Source of the DNA: an uncultured Bacteroidaceae bacterium
Lineage (GTDB): Bacteria; Bacteroidota; Bacteroidia; Bacteroidales; Bacteroidaceae
Assembly: GCA_964646955.1 (NCBI GenBank)
Contig: CAZYFO010000001.1
Span: forward strand, 6,485 to 68,561
Length of the DNA stretch: 62,077 bases
Direction of reading: 5' to 3'
The position numbers and the translations under genes were made by a program. The notes under the pieces were generated by a model. It was not told the origin of the DNA and made no database searches. It saw nothing but the letters and a program-made list of their open reading frames with translations. Position 1 is the first letter of the stretch. Every line of letters begins with the position of its first letter. Shown piece after piece: positions 57,601 to 62,077 of the stretch.

Positions 57601-58553
57601 CTCAACTTGAAGTGAATTTTGATGCCTTGAATGTCGGTTCTGCTGCTAAGTTGACAGAAATTATGACTACGCTGGATGCAGACAATGCCGAACTTGTAGC
57701 TGCTCTGAAGTTGGCTATCAAGGCTAAGTTGTATGCAATGATTGCTGCCGGCGATGAAATTCCTACAGATCTTGATCTGTCCGGTTTCATCACTAATCCT
57801 GGTCTATATTGTCAGGCTGTAGTAGATGTCGATGTAGAGTACTATTCTTATCAATGGGGAGAGCCTAAGGATCGTTGGAGGATGAAGAAGGGTACATATA
57901 CCAATGTATATCCGGGTTGGTCACTAAAGGTTGACGGCGGTAATGTACACGTTGGCAACGAAGGACGTAATTGGGTAGGTGCTTCACCAGTATTCGACGG
58001 TTATGTAGCTGCTGACTGGAATTCAGGATTCTCACTGACTCAGATGGTTGATGAGCTTCCATTGGGTATCTATTCTATCGGTGTTGCATACTCTAACGCT
58101 AAGGCTAACGCCGGTTGTAATTTGATGGTATTTACTGATGGCGAGGATACTACCTATATTGATACAGTATTAATGAGTACTGGTGGCCAGAATTACCTTG
58201 CTACACCAAATACCATTACTGAAGATATGGCAGTTTCTACCGGTACAGTAAAAATCAATTTGAATCATGCTAATGTAAGCGGTTGGGCACGTGTAGATAA
58301 CTTTGCTTTGACATACAAGGCTGCATTTGAAACCGGTGTTGATTATGCTAATCTTGCTGCCGAACTTAATACAGCTGCTGCTACTGCAATCTCTGAGGTT
58401 GTAACAGGAGTAGAGAGTGTAACTACACGAGGTTCTGTTGAGTACTACAACTTGAACGGTATTAAGCTTGCTGCTCCTCAGAAGGGTATTAATATTAAGG
58501 TTACTACCGGTGCTAATGGTAAGCGTGTAAGTGAAAAGATTCTTGTTAAGTAA
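54618..58553 (+). CDS. 1311-aa secreted multidomain protein with a T9SS C-terminal sorting domain; no catalytic motif recognised
   Basis: Signal peptide ending in AQAQ. It has beta-sandwich/CBM-like modules ending YYIDDIALYKS and GWARVDNFALTYK, an Ig-like segment, and a long Ala/Leu-rich helical region. The C-terminus VEYYNLNGIKLAAPQKGINIKV...KILVK is typical of type-A T9SS CTDs. Confidence 0.7.
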   Translation: MKNRDFMIAGSLLLGFCLTAQAQKNDDQLYFYGFEDNLTSFTDSSKPLDSIMKLRYYTKADDGGGSKDITGWTLDPVEYDTALYLLNGLSPYRADVYSAVYVETDQHQEDMKKLGAVGGNYYLHVKTGKNSDGGTTESADYQGCLFIRNIPIEDYTSYRLVYYRKTDQPSQAKMYSGILRGYYNSEKSISMDGENASGTEFMMHETSGITSNWQRVTLMTYYQNDSVANHHCYKAGYWWTSGWSRLAADGSGQERVYIEQPDKFFVRLTFSAPETDYYIDDIALYKSSIGGAESNVNIIRVNFGYATNLKDLANASDLKSIELPGEYFTITGVDSFIENSAGATRGLDETDADFKARCGENAFYERSDIPVTSAEYHNDGYMYIFLADNESTSEPQNCDFYGDIRISFTNPVDNPKMALKYNGTLFPNSLDTTWVKAGKLVPNFSNEFVLPNVSVSATPVALLPPTALSITPTNGSFKLPTTTTTVKVRFNKPVYCDPGKFTDMGVLALFRKAGTVETWFASEFNATDSTVVFTRQTTDQNKGELSGDYVIEIIQAKAGASYDAAPIVKFALTFGTEMAAPDRLVKDDFQTLAVGATNPAGFAVNASCMMKIGAFKGLVTKALMFGLYGVNLPNGAPILTYTLTVTEPCTKRVSFAVSGCKKSSWNDAAMLEFRIFNNEKALGDTIADAYQEWGGSDYKPEEGGTVTGYDEYQKMVTFPKAGTYTLEWKMPNENSHGGGHKGGRVLYYFEVSNEYSNAYKYIEKVDGALAAAEAMKVNAEAAPKFAGSVLNALSDMITLYDGFTTSTTPIYTNPNDYIKAASDLSDATSAMKVRIDTVGIYEKEYNICDSIANSYDGTDTANVAVVLAAKALMLQHKSLNLPATEPADLRIIIKNIQNATKAMNDRQALAHKFIKLIADVDNVLDVKKTYNFFAEYPALETAYNNNKGQDIILGTDVDINAAITAVQNALNTFNGKLDGALAMANQAKLLYDLATQLEVNFDALNVGSAAKLTEIMTTLDADNAELVAALKLAIKAKLYAMIAAGDEIPTDLDLSGFITNPGLYCQAVVDVDVEYYSYQWGEPKDRWRMKKGTYTNVYPGWSLKVDGGNVHVGNEGRNWVGASPVFDGYVAADWNSGFSLTQMVDELPLGIYSIGVAYSNAKANAGCNLMVFTDGEDTTYIDTVLMSTGGQNYLATPNTITEDMAVSTGTVKINLNHANVSGWARVDNFALTYKAAFETGVDYANLAAELNTAAATAISEVVTGVESVTTRGSVEYYNLNGIKLAAPQKGINIKVTTGANGKRVSEKILVK

Positions 58554-58576
58554 TTAATCGGAATTTAAATATTGAA

Positions 58577-58610
58577 ATCGGCGGGGAGTTTTCTCCGCCG
58601 ATTTTTTTTT
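58577..58610 (+). terminator. Intrinsic terminator after the T9SS cargo gene
   Basis: Stem atcggcgggg/ctccgccgat (10 bp including one G-T pair) followed by a T9 run. Confidence 0.8.
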
Positions 58611-58652
58611 GTGGTATGTTGTAAGAATCATTCCCTACTTAATAAATTTTAC

Positions 58653-58660
58653 TAACTTTG
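58653..58660 (+). promoter_or_regulatory. Candidate -7 box TAACTTTG for the GPH transporter gene
   Basis: Matches TAnnTTTG 62 nt upstream of the ATG at 58722. Confidence 0.4.
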
Positions 58661-58721
58661 GAAATTTGTATTGAGGCGGCTTGATATTTTAGTGATAACC
58701 AATTAATAAATAAATAGAATT

Positions 58722-60140
58722 ATGGCAAATGAAGTAAACAATGGCTTTTATAAGCTCAGTTGGATGCAGCGTATAGGCTTCGGTTCAGGTGATATGGCGC
58801 AGAACCTTATCTACCAGACAATAAGCATGTATCTGCTTTTCTTTTATACTAATGTTTTCGGATTGGATCCGGCAGTTGCGGCTGTGATGTTCCTTATTGT
58901 TCGTATTGTCGATGTGATATGGGACCCTATCGTGGGTGCTTTCGTAGATAAACACAATCCAAAGTTGGGTAAATATCGTGCATATCTTGTGTTAGGAGGA
59001 ATTCCTCTTACGGGTTTTGCAATTCTCTGTTTTTGGAATGGTTTCTCAGGTTCTCTTTTATATGCATACATTACATACGTAGGTATGTCAATGTGTTACA
59101 CATTAGTAAATGTTCCTTATGGAGCATTGAACTCGTCCCTTTCTCGCGATACTCATGAGATTACGGTATTGACTTCTACTCGTATGTTCATGGCTAACTT
59201 GGGCGGACTTGCGGTATCAATGGGTATTCCTGCTCTAGTTAAGTTTTTTGCTAACTCAGGAACAGAGGTCGCCAATGGTGAAGGTGCCATGCCGAGTGAT
59301 GGAAATGCTTGGTTTTTGACGATGCTCATTTATTCACTAGTTGGACTATTCTTTTTAATCTTCTGTTTTACACAGACTAAAGAGAAGGTTGTCATGGATA
59401 AAAAGGAGAGTGCTAACGTTAAGGTTTCTGACCTATGGACAGAGTTTCTTAGAAATAGGCCTTTGCGTATTTTAGCTTTCTTCTTTATTACAGCTTTTGC
59501 AATGATGTCTGTGGGCAATGCCGCAGGTTCATATTATATGCAGTACAATATGAGTGCTACTACCGCACAGATGTCTATTTTCATGGGACTCGGTTCAATA
59601 CCTGCATTCATTTTTATGCCATTAGTTCCGGCAATCAAGAGGGCTATCGGTAAAAGAGGGATGTTCAATCTATTCCTTTTAGTAGGTATTATTGGTATGG
59701 GATTGCTATATACCGTATCTATGGTACCTGCTTTAAAGACTCAGATGTGGATTGTGTATGCAGCTCAATTTATCAAATCTACAGGTGTAATAGTAGCAAC
59801 AGGTTATATGTGGGCTTTGGTTCCTGAAGTTGTAGCATTTGGAGAGTATACTACAGGACGTCGTATTGCAGGTATAGTGAATGCTCTTACAGGTATATTC
59901 TTCAAGGCAGGTATGGCTCTTGGAGGAGTTGTTCCCGGATTTGTATTGGCTTTTGTAGATTTTGATAAGGATTTAACTGTGCAGACATCGTTTGCCGAGC
60001 AAGGAATTCTTTGGTTGGTTTGCGTAATTCCTGCTCTTCTTTTGATGGTCGCTATGTGGATCATATCCAAGTATGAACTTAGCGATGAGAAGATGGATGA
60101 GATTAATATGGCAATCGAAGCTAGAGCTAATAAAGAATAA
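58722..60140 (+). CDS. GPH-family (glycoside-pentoside-hexuronide:cation) MFS symporter
   Basis: 472 aa with about 12 TM segments. GFGSGDMAQNLIYQ, VDVIWDPIVGAFVDK and LGKYRAYL are typical of MelB/XynP-like transporters. Confidence 0.85.
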   Translation: MANEVNNGFYKLSWMQRIGFGSGDMAQNLIYQTISMYLLFFYTNVFGLDPAVAAVMFLIVRIVDVIWDPIVGAFVDKHNPKLGKYRAYLVLGGIPLTGFAILCFWNGFSGSLLYAYITYVGMSMCYTLVNVPYGALNSSLSRDTHEITVLTSTRMFMANLGGLAVSMGIPALVKFFANSGTEVANGEGAMPSDGNAWFLTMLIYSLVGLFFLIFCFTQTKEKVVMDKKESANVKVSDLWTEFLRNRPLRILAFFFITAFAMMSVGNAAGSYYMQYNMSATTAQMSIFMGLGSIPAFIFMPLVPAIKRAIGKRGMFNLFLLVGIIGMGLLYTVSMVPALKTQMWIVYAAQFIKSTGVIVATGYMWALVPEVVAFGEYTTGRRIAGIVNALTGIFFKAGMALGGVVPGFVLAFVDFDKDLTVQTSFAEQGILWLVCVIPALLLMVAMWIISKYELSDEKMDEINMAIEARANKE

Positions 60141-60173
60141 TTGTATTGAAAATGTTTCGATGATTAATAGAAA

Positions 60174-60205
60174 GAATGCCGATCGTAAGACCGGCATTCT
60201 TTTTT
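60174..60205 (+). terminator. Intrinsic terminator after the GPH transporter gene
   Basis: Stem gaatgccg/cggcattc with a 10-nt loop, followed by T6. It lies between convergent genes. Confidence 0.75.
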
Positions 60206-60252
60206 GTTAGATGATTATAAGAGGTGAGAACCTAAATGGAAGTTCTAAATAA

Positions 60253-61752
60253 TTAGAACCCGAATCCGAAGTCGTCGGCTTCTTTCTGTTCTTCACGTTC
60301 AGGATCCTTTGCTTGAAGGTGAGTTTCGTTGCCCTCAATTATTATTGCTTTGACAGGACATATATATTCACAACCTCCGCAGCCAACGCAAACTTCTATA
60401 TCAGTCTGAGGAATCGTCAAACCGCCTTCAAATGGAACCATAGTGACTGCTCCGGTAGGGCAGTGTTCGGCACAGGCTCCGCAACTTGTGCGGTTTTTCC
60501 ATACTACGCACTCTTCTTTTGTAAAGAGAACCCGTCCCGGCTGAATGTGATGCTTCTCTTCTACTGTCAGTGGCCTTATCGCTCCGTTAGGGCAGACTTC
60601 ACTGCAAACAGTACAATCGTAGTTACAGAAGCCTTTATCGAAAGACATGAGAGGCTGCATAAAGCCTTCAATGCCGTATTCCAGTGTGGCCGGTTTAAGC
60701 ACATTTGATGGACATTTACTTACACACAAGTTACAAGCAGTACAGTGTTGCAAAAGTTCCTTATGACTTTTTGATCCGGGAGGAGACAGTGGAGTACGCT
60801 TGTCCTTGTTGATACCAACGACCTCTGCTGCTCTTGATTCTAAAGCAGCCGGTGCCATCACTGCAATTGCTAAAGCCGACTTGATGAAACTTCGTTTGGA
60901 CTCATCAATAGTAACTTCTTCTTTCTTCTTGCATGATTTCCATACGGGAGAATATCTTAGTGCTCCTTTTTTACAATTGTCAATGCAGTCGAAGCAGTCA
61001 ATGCATCTGGAGTAGTCGATAGTCTGATTTGCTGAGTCAATGCAATAGGATTTGCATTTTTTTCCGCATGCCTGGCAATGGTTGCATTGGTCTTTGTCAA
61101 TCGTTATGCGAAACAGGGAGAAACGTGAGAAAAATCCCAACATTGTGCCTACCGGGCAGATGGTATTACACCAAGTTCGTCCGAATCTGAATGACATGAA
61201 TCCTATTATGGCGAGAGTTAAAACAGCTACTAATAATGTAGCCATTGAACGTATTGACTGCTCTACATAGAAGAATGTATAATTTCCGGCCTTCTCGGAA
61301 AAATGAGCCAGGATATTATTCCCAAACACATATAGGGGCTTAAAAATCTGAGTGGCAATGCGACCGTAGGCGCTGTATGGCTCTATTAGACTGACTAATA
61401 CAGTAAACCCGCACAGCCATGATATTAGTAGTATTGCCAATACTCCCCATCTTAACCATTTGCGCTCAGGTTTATATCCATACTTCTTCTTCTTATCAAT
61501 TTTATTTGACAACCAATTGAAAAAATCTTGAAATATCCCTAAGGGGCATATTATGGAACAATATGCTCTGCCCAATAGCAGTGTTGAAGCAATTAATATA
61601 ACAACAGTGACTATGCTAAGTGAGAGCAAAGATGGCAAGAACTGAATCTTCTGCAACCAAGGGTCACTCAATACTCCTGCAATGTCAATGAATCCGAATG
61701 TTAGAACGGCGATTACAACTATAGCAATCGCAAGTCTGATTTTCTTAAGCAT
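60253..61752 (-). CDS. Membrane-anchored polyferredoxin (NapH/MauN-like N-terminal half plus extra 4Fe-4S domains)
   Basis: 499 aa. There are two CX3CP motifs next to TM segments (CSIICPLG, CNTICPVG) and six CxxCxxCxxxC(P)-type motifs (for example CNHCQACGKKC, CTACNLCVSKCP, CVGCGGCEYICP). Confidence 0.8.
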   Translation of the reverse strand: MLKKIRLAIAIVVIAVLTFGFIDIAGVLSDPWLQKIQFLPSLLSLSIVTVVILIASTLLLGRAYCSIICPLGIFQDFFNWLSNKIDKKKKYGYKPERKWLRWGVLAILLISWLCGFTVLVSLIEPYSAYGRIATQIFKPLYVFGNNILAHFSEKAGNYTFFYVEQSIRSMATLLVAVLTLAIIGFMSFRFGRTWCNTICPVGTMLGFFSRFSLFRITIDKDQCNHCQACGKKCKSYCIDSANQTIDYSRCIDCFDCIDNCKKGALRYSPVWKSCKKKEEVTIDESKRSFIKSALAIAVMAPAALESRAAEVVGINKDKRTPLSPPGSKSHKELLQHCTACNLCVSKCPSNVLKPATLEYGIEGFMQPLMSFDKGFCNYDCTVCSEVCPNGAIRPLTVEEKHHIQPGRVLFTKEECVVWKNRTSCGACAEHCPTGAVTMVPFEGGLTIPQTDIEVCVGCGGCEYICPVKAIIIEGNETHLQAKDPEREEQKEADDFGFGF

Positions 61753-61765
61753 AATGGATAACGGA

Positions 61766-62077
61766 TTATAGCTTTATTCTCTTGACGTTGAGTTTATCGA
61801 TATCCATCGTTCCCATTCCTAGTTTTTCTGCATCCGATATATGTGAGACACTTTCAATGGGTATCTCCTTGAATTGGCCAAAAAACTTAGTGGCGGCAGT
61901 GTCAACAGCTACAATGTCTTTTGAGGCGAATAGAGCCTTGGTCAGTTTTACGTCAGAAGCGGAACGTCCTTGAGGCCCATTGCTGGTCATGGTGCGGTAA
62001 GCATCGACAATCTGTAATGCAGCCGGTTTGGAAATGGTGGTAATGTCGGCAATGCACTGTTGAAGCCCTTTGCTATG
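61766..62077 (-). CDS. DUF362-family protein, C-terminal part (runs off the window end)
   Basis: The minus-strand frame is open from position 62077. It reads HSKGLQQCIADITTISKPAALQIVDAYRTMTSNGPQGRSASDV...AVDTAATKFF..., which resembles the C-terminal region of DUF362 proteins. Its stop lies 14 nt upstream of the polyferredoxin start. Confidence 0.6.
   Translation of the reverse strand, partial: HSKGLQQCIADITTISKPAALQIVDAYRTMTSNGPQGRSASDVKLTKALFASKDIVAVDTAATKFFGQFKEIPIESVSHISDAEKLGMGTMDIDKLNVKRIKL

Overview
AT-rich chromosomal segment that looks like a Bacteroidales (Bacteroidota) genome. The signs are SusC/SusD pairs, lipobox lipoproteins, a T9SS C-terminal sorting domain, TAnnTTTG -7 promoter boxes and A-rich leaders with no clear Shine-Dalgarno sites.

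Gene content in order:
- 1-2.3 kb: the tail of an epimerase/dehydratase gene and a minus-strand ABC-ATPase / membrane-protein / GntR operon.
- 2.5-4.7 kb: RNase R.
- 4.8-11.1 kb, minus strand: a contiguous phosphate block, pstS-pstC-pstA-pstB-phoU-phoB-phoR.
- 11.1-12.26 kb: a gene-free gap packed with a gene relic, palindromes, phased direct repeats and a GC-rich island.
- 12.26-24.3 kb: a surface-glycan region. It holds a GDP-D-glycero-alpha-D-manno-heptose operon (hddA-gmhA-hddC-gmhB), a GT4/YfhO divergent pair, and a tightly overlapping minus-strand operon. That operon runs from metG through a fused CDP-ribitol synthase, a TagF-type phosphotransferase, a CgeB-like protein, a GT2 and an unknown protein.
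- 24.3-37.8 kb: housekeeping genes (metG, comM/yifB-like, a degenerate TlpA-like lipoprotein, typA, rpsO, ahcY, LOG, DUF4271, hemD, rnpA, yidD, tatD, tyrS, tRNA-Gln).
- 37.85-38.48 kb: a noncoding stretch with an orphan intrinsic terminator and phased repeats.
- 38.5-60.1 kb: a polysaccharide-utilisation-type locus. It has a signal-less GH43, two consecutive FAS1-lipoprotein/SusC/SusD triplets, a 1311-aa T9SS cargo protein and a GPH-family symporter.
- 60.25 kb to the end: a NapH-like polyferredoxin and a partial DUF362 gene.

I see no CRISPR array, transposase, integrase, rRNA, or recognisable defence or toxin-antitoxin gene.

The parts I consider least explained are:
- the 11.1-12.26 kb noncoding block;
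- the teichoic-acid-like ribitol-phosphate module packed behind metG;
- the enzyme-poor, regulator-less double SusCD locus with FAS1 proteins and a non-catalytic-looking T9SS giant;
- the orphan terminator downstream of tRNA-Gln.

All family calls rest on motif recognition by eye. No searches were run.
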